Shown: piece by piece, positions 8,434 through 18,700 of the stretch
Layout of the letters: every line of letters begins with the position of its first letter
How positions within the stretch are numbered: position 1 is the stretch's first letter
Assembly: GCA_042408215.1 (NCBI GenBank)
Contig: JAYFMW010000001.1
Location: 1-64,000, forward strand
Source of the DNA: Microcoleus sp.
GTDB taxonomy: Bacteria; Cyanobacteriota; Cyanobacteriia; Cyanobacteriales; Microcoleaceae
Direction of reading: 5' to 3'
Length of the DNA stretch: 64,000 nt
Translations under genes and position numbers: made by a program
Notes under the pieces: generated by a model
Told to the model about the DNA's origin: nothing
Seen by the model: the letters and a program-made list of their open reading frames with translations, nothing else
The model's database searches: none

Positions 8434-11166
8434 ATGAATTTTACCACAAAACCCAGTTACTATCAAGTCGGCGGAAGTTTGACAAATAACGCTCCCAATT
8501 ATGTGAAGCGGCAAGCAGATGACGACTTCTATAACTGGTTGAAAGCCGGGGAATTTTGTTATGTTTTAAATTCCCGACAAATGGGGAAGTCTAGCTTGCA
8601 GGTGCGGACAATTCAACGGCTGAGAAGTGAAGGAATTGCTTGTGCTGCGATCGACATTTCGGAAATTGGCAACCGCGGCGTGACTCCCGAACAGTGGTAT
8701 GCTGGTCTGTTACGCATTCTCGAAAATAACTTTAATCTGTCAGATGTTGTCAATGTGCGTACTTGGTGGCGCGATCGCAATTTTTTGGCTCCAGTTCAAA
8801 GATTAAGCGAATTCATCGAAACCGTACTCTTAGCCAACATTTCCAGCAATATTGTCATTTTTATTGATGAAATCGACAGCATTCTCGCTCTGGATTTTCC
8901 CGCAGACGATTTTTTAGCGTTAATTCGATCGTGCTACAATAAACGCGCCAATAATTCAGAATTCGATCGGCTAACTTGGGCGCTTTTAGGAGTCGCATCG
9001 CCGACGGATTTGTGTCGCGACAAAAATTCCAACAGCAGCACTCCTTTTAATATAGGCAAGGCAATAGAATTAACTGGTTTTGACGAAACAGAAGCGCAAT
9101 CGCTAGCAGCGGGGTTGGCAGAGCTTACAGACAGCTCTCAGGAAGTTTTGCGAGAGGTTTTGTATTGGACGGGAGGGCAACCTTTTTTGACTCAAAAGCT
9201 TTGCAAACTCCTGTTGGAAAACCCACAATTAATCCCGAATTTACCCCAGGGCGGGCACGGGGGCACCGCCCCTACATTCGGGGGGGAGAAAGATAAAATT
9301 TACACTGCTAAAGAGTGGGTTGAGAAAGTAGTGCGTTTGAAAATCGTGGAAAATTGGGAAGCGCAAGATGTACCGGAACATTTGTCTACAATTCGCGATC
9401 GCCTGTTTAGAGAAAATCAGCGCATTGTGAGGCGACTCGGATTATATAAACAAATTTTAGAGCAAGTTGAAATTGTCCCCGACGGTAGCCCGGAACAAAT
9501 GGAATTGCGATTGAGTGGATTAATCGTCAAGCACGGGGATAAACTCACACTTTCTAATCCAATTTATCAAGCTGTATTTAACAAATTTTTAATAGAAAAA
9601 GAGTTAGAAAAACTCTCGCCTTACTCAGAAGCAATCAAAGCATGGCTGAATTCTCATTGTCAAGATGACTCCCAACTGTTGCGAGGTGATGACTTGCATT
9701 CAGCATTAAGTTGGGCGGCGGATAAAAGTTTGAGAAACGAAGATTTTCAGTTTTTGACCGCCAGCCAAAAACTCATTTTAAACCACCAAAATCAATTGCT
9801 GCATTCAGCTCAAATAGAAACTCAAAAAGCTCAGGTAGAAGCTGGCTCTGCCAAACAAAAAGCCAAACAGTGGATTGGTATCGGTTCTGCGGTACTGGCT
9901 GCATCTTTAGTTGGGGCGATCGGCTTTTCAACTCTCGCTTATCAGAGGTTTAAACTAGCGCAAGCTAGTATCGAAGTTGAACAAAATGGCAGCGATGCTT
10001 TGCTGTTAGCGGTATCTCAAAAAACCGCAAATAATCAAGCTTTGCGAGAAGCTTTACTGAGGGCGATCGCCGCAGGTAAAAAAATGAAAACCTTGGTTAA
10101 AAACCAACCGAAATTAGAACAATACCCAGCCACTATACCGCTGTTAGCATTACAAGTAATTCTCGATAAAATTAGCGAACAAGAGCAGAGTAAAGAATCA
10201 TCTCTCTTACAAAGAAAGATGACTTGGCAAGCTCATGCAGGTGCTGTCACTAGCGTCAGTTTTAGCCCAGACAGACAATTTTTGGCAACCGCAGGAGTAG
10301 ACGATCGAGTTCGGATTTGGAACTTGTCAGGGAAAAAGATTGCTGAATGGAAAGCTTTACAGCAGTCAGTAAATATGGTAAGCTTTAGCCCAAATGGAAA
10401 GTTTTTAGCGACAGCCGGCAGAGACAGCACTGTTAAATTTTGGAATCTATCAGGTAAAAAGATTTCGGAATTTCCAGCAATTCAAGGTTCAGTTAGCAGC
10501 ATCAGCTTTAGCCCAGACGGAAACTTTTTAGCTGCCGCAGGAATCAACAGCAGTGCGGCAATTTGGAAGCTTTCACAACTCCCAAAAGTAAGATCATCTC
10601 CTGTGGAACTTCCGGGACATAATGGCTTAATTAGAAGTGTCAATTTTAGTGCGATCGGCGATTTTTTAACTACTTTAGATGGCAAATCTACAGTGCGAAT
10701 TTGGGATTTATCGGGAAATTTGCAAAAAACACTGTCGATGGGGGTCATTGGTATTAGCTTTAGTCCCGATCGACATCAGCAGCGGTTTGCTACAGTAACA
10801 TTGAATGGTAAAGTCGGGCTGTGGAATTTGTCAAAACAAGAATTAGTGAATGAATTTCAAACTTTGCATTTAGACGCGAAATCAATTAGTTTCAGCCCTG
10901 ACGGAGAACGACTTGCTACACTGGGAATTGACAAGACAGTGCGGCTGTGGAATTTAGCAGGGCGGCAGGTTGCTCAATTTGAGTTTGAAGAGAATGTTGT
11001 TAGTGTTAGTTGGAGTCGAGATGGAAAGCAAATTGCTGTTGCTGGAAGCAATGGCACTGTCTGGTTGAGGAAAGTTGAAGGTTTAGAAGATTTGCTGAAG
11101 CAAAGCTGTAATTTTTTCAACAGTCAACCGGAGTATTTGACCAGAGTTTCAACTCTTTGTCAATAG
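8434..11166 (+). CDS. AAA_35 (STAND-like NTPase) - TM - WD40 repeat protein
   Basis: YQVGGSL, SRQMGKSS, IFIDEID, TPFNIG, WTGGQPFLTQ; TM helix; about 7 WD40 repeats (SFSPDG...W). Confidence 0.9.
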   Translation: MNFTTKPSYYQVGGSLTNNAPNYVKRQADDDFYNWLKAGEFCYVLNSRQMGKSSLQVRTIQRLRSEGIACAAIDISEIGNRGVTPEQWYAGLLRILENNFNLSDVVNVRTWWRDRNFLAPVQRLSEFIETVLLANISSNIVIFIDEIDSILALDFPADDFLALIRSCYNKRANNSEFDRLTWALLGVASPTDLCRDKNSNSSTPFNIGKAIELTGFDETEAQSLAAGLAELTDSSQEVLREVLYWTGGQPFLTQKLCKLLLENPQLIPNLPQGGHGGTAPTFGGEKDKIYTAKEWVEKVVRLKIVENWEAQDVPEHLSTIRDRLFRENQRIVRRLGLYKQILEQVEIVPDGSPEQMELRLSGLIVKHGDKLTLSNPIYQAVFNKFLIEKELEKLSPYSEAIKAWLNSHCQDDSQLLRGDDLHSALSWAADKSLRNEDFQFLTASQKLILNHQNQLLHSAQIETQKAQVEAGSAKQKAKQWIGIGSAVLAASLVGAIGFSTLAYQRFKLAQASIEVEQNGSDALLLAVSQKTANNQALREALLRAIAAGKKMKTLVKNQPKLEQYPATIPLLALQVILDKISEQEQSKESSLLQRKMTWQAHAGAVTSVSFSPDRQFLATAGVDDRVRIWNLSGKKIAEWKALQQSVNMVSFSPNGKFLATAGRDSTVKFWNLSGKKISEFPAIQGSVSSISFSPDGNFLAAAGINSSAAIWKLSQLPKVRSSPVELPGHNGLIRSVNFSAIGDFLTTLDGKSTVRIWDLSGNLQKTLSMGVIGISFSPDRHQQRFATVTLNGKVGLWNLSKQELVNEFQTLHLDAKSISFSPDGERLATLGIDKTVRLWNLAGRQVAQFEFEENVVSVSWSRDGKQIAVAGSNGTVWLRKVEGLEDLLKQSCNFFNSQPEYLTRVSTLCQ

Positions 11167-11285
11167 TTAGTTGTTATTTGTTATTTGTTATTTGTGATCG
11201 GTAATGGTAAGGTGCCCATTGCGCACCCTACAGATAGAGTTGATGCGGACAGGACTGTAATTGCTAATTGCCAATTGGTAGTAAA

Positions 11286-11468
11286 TAACCAATAACCAAT
11301 AACCAATAACCAATAACCAATAACCAATAACCTATTCCCCATTCCCCATTCCCCATTCCCCATTCCCCATTCCCCATTCCCCATTCCCCATTCCCCATTC
11401 CCCATTCCCCATTCCCCATTCCCCATTCCCCATTCCCCATTCCCCATTCCCCATTCCCCATTCCCCAT
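11286..11468. repeat. STRR arrays (TAACCAA)n and (TTCCCCA)n
   Basis: Perfect tandem heptamers between convergent genes. Confidence 0.95.
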
Positions 11469-11477
11469 GCTTAATAA

Positions 11478-11942
11478 CTAATTTACCTTGATAGGCGAAA
11501 CACTTAAATTAGGATTTTTGACTCTTCTTAAAAGTTCTTGTCGGGCTTGTTCTGGATTTTGCCCTCTCGGTATTTGATATAATAATCTACAGGAACCGTC
11601 TTGAGGATTAGCTGCACAAATCATCGGTTGTCCAGTGCGAGACGCACCTGCTGTGATAATATTATCCCAGTTTCCAGGCGTTTGGGAATTGTTGAGAATT
11701 CCTGAGACTCGCGTACACCGAGTAATTGCGTCTTCTCCCGATTCATTGAAATAGTTGTCAGCTACCCACAGAATAACGGGAATATTTTTGCCTTCTTGGT
11801 CAGCTATTGTCGCTGGATAGCCACCAGAAGCGCCGCAGAAAAATGAAGCTGTTTGGGCAAAAGCGGGAATGTTTGCTAGCATCAAAGTGGCGATCGCCAT
11901 AATTGATGCGCTAAAAACTGACTTGAAGAGCCGAAATTTCAT
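11478..11942 (-). CDS. COP23-domain secreted protein
   Basis: Signal peptide, FFC...PAT, VILW, RC..VS, PMICA. Confidence 0.75.
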   Translation of the reverse strand: MKFRLFKSVFSASIMAIATLMLANIPAFAQTASFFCGASGGYPATIADQEGKNIPVILWVADNYFNESGEDAITRCTRVSGILNNSQTPGNWDNIITAGASRTGQPMICAANPQDGSCRLLYQIPRGQNPEQARQELLRRVKNPNLSVSPIKVN

Positions 11943-12073
11943 GAGCTGTAACAAGGCTTGTCATTTAAGGTTGCTAATACTCTAAAAAGTTCGATCGATT
12001 GTTGCCGGGAAGATTAGGGATTTAGGCAAAAAAATAAAATTTATTGTGCAATTTCTTGACTGGGTAGAGACTA

Positions 12074-12365
12074 GGGCGTGTTTTGAAACCTGGAGATCCC
12101 CCCCAGCCCCCCTTAAAAAGGGGGGAGAAAGAGTCTCAAAGTCAACCCCTACTCCCCTTTTTAAGGGGGATTTAGGGGGATCGGGATCTGAGGTCGCAGT
12201 TTGAAAACACGCCCTAGGGCGTGTTTTGAAACCTGGAGATCCCCCTAGCCCCCTTAAAAAGGGGGAAGCATTCACTCAAAGTCAACCCCTACTCACACCC
12301 TACTCCCTTTTTAAGGGGGATTTAGGGGGATCTCCGGGTTTAATTGGAAAGTTTGAAACAGACGC
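12074..12365. mobile_element. Tandem dimer of a MITE with TIR GGGCGTGTTTT(G)AAAC and GATCCCCC-type core
   Basis: Unit 1 is 12074-12214, flanked by TA on both sides; unit 2 starts at 12217 with a degenerate right end. Confidence 0.75.
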
Positions 12366-12579
12366 TGGCCTCATGTTTGCCAAAACCAAGCAAGAAATGC
12401 TCGCCGCCGGATTTTCCGGCAGAAAATAGGTGGGCCTACAGCGACTTCTGCGGTCAGCGAGGCGGTAAAGCTGCTGTTTTTCACTGTTTTTTGCTGAGCC
12501 TTACTCTTTTTTGCCTCGCCCCCCCCTAAATGGGAACCTGTGTTAACATCGGTGAAAATACGATCTTTAATAATCAACA

Positions 12580-13077
12580 ATGGGCAATGTTCTGGTGCTG
12601 AACGCCTCCTACGAACCCCTTAACATCACCAATTGGCGAAGGGCTGTAGTTTTGTTGCTGAAAGGGAAAGCAGAGCAGGTAGAACATAACGGGAAATTTG
12701 TTGCGCCAAATTTCCCGCTACCAACTGTGATCCGACTGCGGCATTACGTCCGAGTTCCCTATAAGGATATTCCGCTGACCCGCCGAAATATCTTGCACCG
12801 GGACGCGCACTCTTGTCAATACTGTGGTTATACCGGGGACGATTTAACGCTGGATCATGTGATTCCTCGATCGCGCGGTGGTAGCGATAGTTGGGAAAAC
12901 CTTGCTACTGCGTGCGTGCGCTGCAATGTTAACAAAGGTAGCCGCACGCCGAAAGAAGCGGGGATGTTACTCAGGTATCCACCCAGGAAACCTCACAGCG
13001 GTCTTTATTTTGAAGTGACTAAACAGGTTAAGAGCGGTATGCACCAAGAATGGCAAAAATATGTAATCGGTCTTTAA
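12580..13077 (+). CDS. HNH endonuclease (conserved cyanobacterial type)
   Basis: VLVLNASYEPL, RD..CQYCG, TLDHVIPRSRGG, C..CN..K. Confidence 0.9.
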   Translation: MGNVLVLNASYEPLNITNWRRAVVLLLKGKAEQVEHNGKFVAPNFPLPTVIRLRHYVRVPYKDIPLTRRNILHRDAHSCQYCGYTGDDLTLDHVIPRSRGGSDSWENLATACVRCNVNKGSRTPKEAGMLLRYPPRKPHSGLYFEVTKQVKSGMHQEWQKYVIGL

Positions 13078-13111
13078 AACCCCTGTCAGCGCAAGCGCGG
13101 GGGTTTTTTTG
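13078..13111 (+). terminator. Probable intrinsic terminator
   Basis: Imperfect GC hairpin followed by a T-run right after the stop codon. Confidence 0.5.
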
Positions 13112-13237
13112 TAGAAGTTTTGAGTTTTGAATTTTGAGTTAAAAAGTTCAAAATTTAACTCTTACAGTCCCGATCGCACAACAGCTCAAGACTTTAACAT
13201 AATTTAAGTGGTCGCACCCTAGGCGATCGCCATTTTC

Positions 13238-13645
13238 TAATGCTATAAATTAATCAGTCCTGGACGCATTTCAACGTAATCCTGTCATTCTCAGTGAAAC
13301 GAAGAATCTCCGAGATGCTGCGCTACACTATGTTTCATATCAAATCCTCTCTTCATCGGAATAGTAAATTTGAGTTAACTGTTAACTGTTAACTGTTAAC
13401 TGTTAACTGTTAACTGTTAACTGTCAACTGTTAACTGTCAACCGTCAACCGTCAACCGTCAACAATCATCTCCAAGAGTGCAACCGGAATTGATATCACT
13501 CAGCATGACATATAGCCTTTCTCAGTAACATGAGGTGCACGCTTGATCTAGGGCCTAGGGCCTAGGGTCTAGGGCCTAGGGCATACCTCACTTGATTGAG
13601 AACTGCTATATAAGCTTTGCGTAAGTCCTATTAATGCTATAAATT
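13238..13645. mobile_element. Nested cluster of MITEs/palindromes with internal STRRs
   Basis: GTCATTCTCAG...CTCAGCATGAC palindrome split by an ATATCAAATCC...CGGAATTGATAT element; then TATAGCCTTTCTCA...TGAGAACTGCTATA element; 14-bp flanking direct repeat. Confidence 0.7.
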
Positions 13646-13692
13646 GGCGTAATTGTGAATTCTTTAATTGTTTAATTGTTTAATTGTCAACT

Positions 13693-15100
13693 ATGAAAGA
13701 CCTACTTAAAACATCTGTCAACCATCAAGATCAGCTAAACCCCAGCAGCGAGGTTGTGCCCCCAAATGTGACTGCGAAACGGCGCAGCAAAGCTGAAGTT
13801 GCAGTCGAAGATAGTCGCGCGAGGCGATTTTCAGACCATTCGACCGATCGCCCTGTGGATCAATTACGGCAAATGTTCGATCGACACCGTGGCCAGCGCC
13901 AGTTAATCTTACTGCAAGATTTCCCAGACCCCGACGCACTTTCGAGTGCTTGGACTTACAAATTAATTGCCGAAAAGTACGACATTCACTGCTCGAAAAG
14001 TCTATGCCGGTGTCCTCAGCCACCAAGAAAATATTGCCTTAGTTAAGTTGACTGGTTTACCGTTGCAAAGGTGGACTTTGGAAACGGCAAAAACTAAGGA
14101 TTTATCGCTATATCAGGGCTGTGTTTTTATCGACAATCAAGGAACGACTTGCTTGTTATACCAGTTTTTTATGAGGCTGCATAGAATCTGATCCCCCCTA
14201 ACCCCCCTTAATAAGGGGGGAACAAGATTCTGCTCAAAGTCCCCCTTATTAAGGGGGATGCGAGGGGGATCGAGATATATGCAACGACCCATTAAATTGG
14301 TATTAAGCAATTTGGTTTTGGCGGCGGGAATTCCGATCGCAGCAGTAATAGACCACCACAGTTTGCAGGGCGAAATGAATGCAGAATTTGCCGATTTTCG
14401 CCCCCAAATCCGCGCTACAGCCACGATTTTTGCGGAGTATTTGCAAGCTGGACTGCTAACTCTCGATGGTAATGTCAGCCAGCATATCAAGTGCGCTACG
14501 GCTTTGATGCACGGTTTGCGATCGGATACGAATGCGCTCAGACAAGCTCAGGAGTCAGACTTTTTAGCCGCCGCTTATTTGAGTAGGTTTTATGACCCGC
14601 AGTTGCTGAATGCGGTGTTGGAGTCGTCTCGGTCTAAGTGGGTGATGGATGCGATCGAGCGATCGCTCAAACACCGCATTGTCCAGAACAATTTTTCCCT
14701 CGCCGGTATCGGCTATCTCCGCTATGACGATCGGGATTGTATTCCCCAAGCGGCTGATTTTTTAGTAACAGAGGAGAACGTACACACAGCAGTTGTCTAT
14801 GCAATTGTTCACGACAAAGACGAGGAAATTGAAGTAGTAATCGGGTCGTTACGAACCACTAAACTCACTCTCGATCCTGACGAATTTATAAAAGAAGCTT
14901 TTGGTCAAGATGCTCAAGGACGATTTTTTGGTGGAGGGAGAAGTCAAGCAGGAGGTTTTGAAATTCCGGTAAGATTTCTTTCCGGTGGGAATGAGAATAG
15001 CGATTATGCAAGACTGAAATGGGAAGTATTTGATCCTCAGATTAAGCAAAAGTTGATGAAATTAATTAGTCCGACAGACAATCCTGTTTATCATAATTAA
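13693..15100 (+). pseudogene. DHH-family phosphoesterase, disrupted by a frameshift (~13995) and a MITE insertion
   Basis: Motifs FPDPDA, FID, IDHH, GLRSDT and GGGR are spread over three ORF fragments. Confidence 0.88.
14159..14302. mobile_element. 144-bp MITE, TIR TACCA(G/A)TTT, TTA target duplication
   Basis: TTA at 14156-58 and 14303-05; removal restores ...GTTCLLSNLVLAAG; near-identical inverted copy at 23128-23280. Confidence 0.9.
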
Positions 15101-15142
15101 CTTCACCAATTCTTCCCAAATAAATTTACTTGCAACATCAAC

Positions 15143-15500
15143 TATAACCTGGTTAATTAAGTGTTCTATGCGCCGACAAATCACCACTTACCGATTCAGA
15201 CTAAATCCGGATTAAATACCCCTTTTATCTCTTAGTTTCAAACGCCGAATCATCAAGGGGGTGGCAAACCCGGATTTGCTAAGTAAATCCACTTAATTAA
15301 ACGTAAGATACAGGTGGCTAAAAAGCTTGCTGTAAGTAAATCCACTTAATTAAACGTAAGATACAGGTGGCTAAAAAGCTTGCTGTATGAGCATTCTTCC
15401 GACTTCCATCGAACGACTTCCTTCTGCCTTCTACTTATGAGCATTCTTCCTTCTTCCTTCTTCCTTCTTCCTTCTTCCTTCTACTTATAACCAGGTTAAC
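15143..15500. repeat. Mosaic repeat region with a ~53-bp tandem duplication and (CTTCTTC)n
   Basis: TAAGTAAATCC...GCTTGCTG twice; TATAACC(T/A)GGTTAA at both ends. Confidence 0.65.
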
Positions 15501-15767
15501 TTAAACGTAAAATGGTTTTTTGTTAGATCCACGACTTCTTAAACAAGTCGGGGAGCAGGGGATTTGGTGGGTTTAGGTGGTATTACTTAGGGATAACCAG
15601 AAAACCTCACCTAACGGAGCAAGGGTATATTAACAGTCTTAAATACAGCAGCAAAAACACAGTCAAAGCCACAATTTATGCTATTTACCACCTACAAATA
15701 ATAAATTACTGTACCAATACATAGCAGGTTAGACTGGTACAAAGTGGGTTGAGAAAAGGAAAGGAAC

Positions 15768-18700
15768 ATGGAGATGTCTACACAACAGGCTTTCTATTTG
15801 TCGTCAGAGAAAATTATAGAAAAATTTTCCAAAATTGCACTTCAAATCAACGATTTCACGAATTTGGAGATTATTTTGCAATTTGCGGTAGCAGAAACCA
15901 GGGTGCTGCTGCAAACCGATCGCGTGATTATTTATCGCTTCCTGCCCAATGGAGATGGTGTAGTATTTGCGGAATCGGTGGGTAGTAAATGGCCCCCGAT
16001 TCTTGGGCAACTGATTTATGATCCTTGTTTTAAAGCAACATGGGTAGAACGCTACAGCCTGGGACAAACAACAGCCATTTCTGACACTCACGCGGGTGAT
16101 ATTCAAACTTGTTATGTCGAACTCCTCGATAGCCTCCAGGTTCGGGCAAATTTAGTCGTACCCATTTTAAGTCAGGGCAATTTGTGGGGATTGTTGATTG
16201 CCCATCACTGTAGAAGCCCACGTTCATGGCAATCTCTGGATGTACAATTATTGCAACAAATGGCTCTCCAACTCGGCAGCGCGATCGTCGATGAAGAGGA
16301 ACGGCATCAACAACTTCACCAATCAGAAGTAAAGCTAGAGCCCCGAACCCTTGAACTTCAAGAAACAGAAACGGATATCATAGAGAACAAGCCAGTAGAA
16401 ATGACTCGGCCAGAGAGTGAACAACAATACTCTACAATCAATCATTCAGCCAATGAGTCTGATCGATTGGAAAGTTTACGGCGCTACGAGATTTTGGATA
16501 CTCCACCTGATGGAGCCTTCGATCGCATCACGGCAATTGCGGCGCGTTTTTTTCGAGTGCCGATCGCGCTTGTCACCTTGGTGGATCGGGATCGGATTTG
16601 GTTCAAATCTCGTTACGGGTTGGATGTCGAGCAAATAGATCGGGAACCCGGACTCTGTGGCTCCGCGATTTGGGAAGATGATGTGTACGAAATTCGGAAT
16701 GCTCTTGAAGATCCACGGACGATCGCAAATCCCCTAGTGTCGGGAGCATTTGGTTTGAGATTCTATGCCGCAGCACCACTCAAAACCCATGATGGGTATA
16801 ACTTGGGAACCCTTTGCATCATCGATCGGCATCCCCGTGAGCTTTCCCCAGAAGAAGAAGCCACCTTACAGGATCTAGCCGCGATCGTCATGGATGAGAT
16901 GGAACTGCGTCTATCGGCTCGCAAGCTGATCGAACAAACTGAAGCACAGCGTGAGAGCGAAGAACGTTGGCAATTAGCACTACGAGGCAATAACGACGGC
17001 ATCTGGGACTGGAATGTGAAAACCAACGAAGTCTTTTTTTCCAGTCGATGGAAAGAGATGTTGGGATTTGAAGAACAGGAAATTTCTAACCATCTGGATG
17101 AATGGTCAAAACGCGTACACCCCGACGACCTCGATTTGGTAAAGCAACTAATTTTTGACCATTTTGCCAAGAAAACACCGTTTTACATCTCAGAGCATCG
17201 GGTTTTGTGCAAAGACGGCAGCTATAAGTGGATACTCGATCGCGGTCAAGCCCTTTGGGATGAGGCAGGCAATGTGATTCGGATGTGTGGCTCTCACACC
17301 GATATTAGTGAGCGAAAATACGCGGAATTTGAGCGAAGAGAATTGATCATTGCCTTAGAAAATGCCGTTTCTGGCATCTCTCAAGTGGATACTCAAGGAC
17401 GATATCTATTTGTCAATCAATCCTATGCCAATACCGTTGGATATCAACCCGAAGAAATGATCGGAATGTTCTGGGAAAAAACCGTACATCCCGATGATTT
17501 AGAAAAGTTAATGGCGGCTTATCAACAAATGCAGCAAGACGGCAAAGTAGAGCTTGAAGCCAGAGGCATTCGCAGAGACGGCTCTAGCTTCTACAAACAA
17601 TTGGTGATGATCTCGATTCACGACGATCGACAGCAGTTCATCGGGCATCACTGCTTTATGAAGGATATCAGCGATCGCAAGCAAGCAGAAGCAGCATTAC
17701 AACAAGAGTTCGAGCGTCTGGGTATAGTGATTGCTACCCAACAGGAAATCGCCATCCGCAATCCCAATCTCGATGCAGTCATGGCGGTGATTGCAGAGAG
17801 GACTCAACATTTGACCCGCGCCGATGGAGCAGTGATTGAAATGCTGGAAGGGGATGAATTGGTGTATCGGGTAGCGAGTGGTATCGCCACAGCCTATGTG
17901 GGATTACGGATCAAAGTAGCGACAAGTTTATCGGGACAATGTATGACGACCGGCTCCATTCTGTTTTGCGACGATTCAGAAACCGATGCACGGGTGGATC
18001 GGGCAGCCTGTCGGCGCATTGGTGTCCGGTCAAAGGTGCTTGTTCCCTTGTTTTATCAAGAAGAAGGAGTTGGTGTCTTAAAAGTTGTTTCAGGGACACC
18101 CTCTGGCTTTACAGAGTCAGACATCCAGACATTACAACTGATGGCTGGGTTTTTGGCTGGTAGCCTGCATCTGGCTTCAGAGTTTGATGTCAAAAACCTT
18201 CTCCTGAGTCAATTACAGGAAAGTGAAGAACGGTATCGTTCTGTGATTACAACCATGACTGAGGGCGTCGTACTTCAGCTAGCAAACGGACAAATTACTG
18301 CCTGTAATGCTAGTGCCGAAAGGATTATAGGGCTGACCCCCGCACAAATGATGGGGCGTACATCTGTAGATTTAGACTGGCGAACCGTTCAGGAAGATGG
18401 CTCCCCCTTCCCCGGCGAACAGCATCCGGCAACGATCACCCTAGGGACGGGAAAACCGCTCTCAAATGTGGTGATGGGCATTCACAAGGCCGATCGAACA
18501 CTGACTTGGATTTCGATTAATTCGCAACCGCTGTTCCATCTCCATCAGTCTCTACCCTATGCAGTAGTGACGACTTTTGCTGATATTACAGAACGCAAGC
18601 AGGTAGAGGAGATGCTGAGAAATCAGGCTCAGCGAGACAGATTAATCGCCACGACAGATGGGTTAACACAAGTAGCAAACCGTCGCTGTTTTGATGAGCG

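Noticed and set aside
11181..11468. ORFs encoding (MGNGEWG)n; likewise 26722-26986, 52033-52332 and 55207-55475
   Set aside because: Translations of STRR or tandem repeats
11982..12580. Short ORFs over the MITE dimer; also 14137-14490 and 23138-23479
   Set aside because: Derived from palindromic elements with no protein-like features
12580..13077. HNH gene as IscB/HEARO or Cas9-like nuclease
   Set aside because: 165 aa with no PLMP or RuvC motifs; matches the common stand-alone cyanobacterial HNH type
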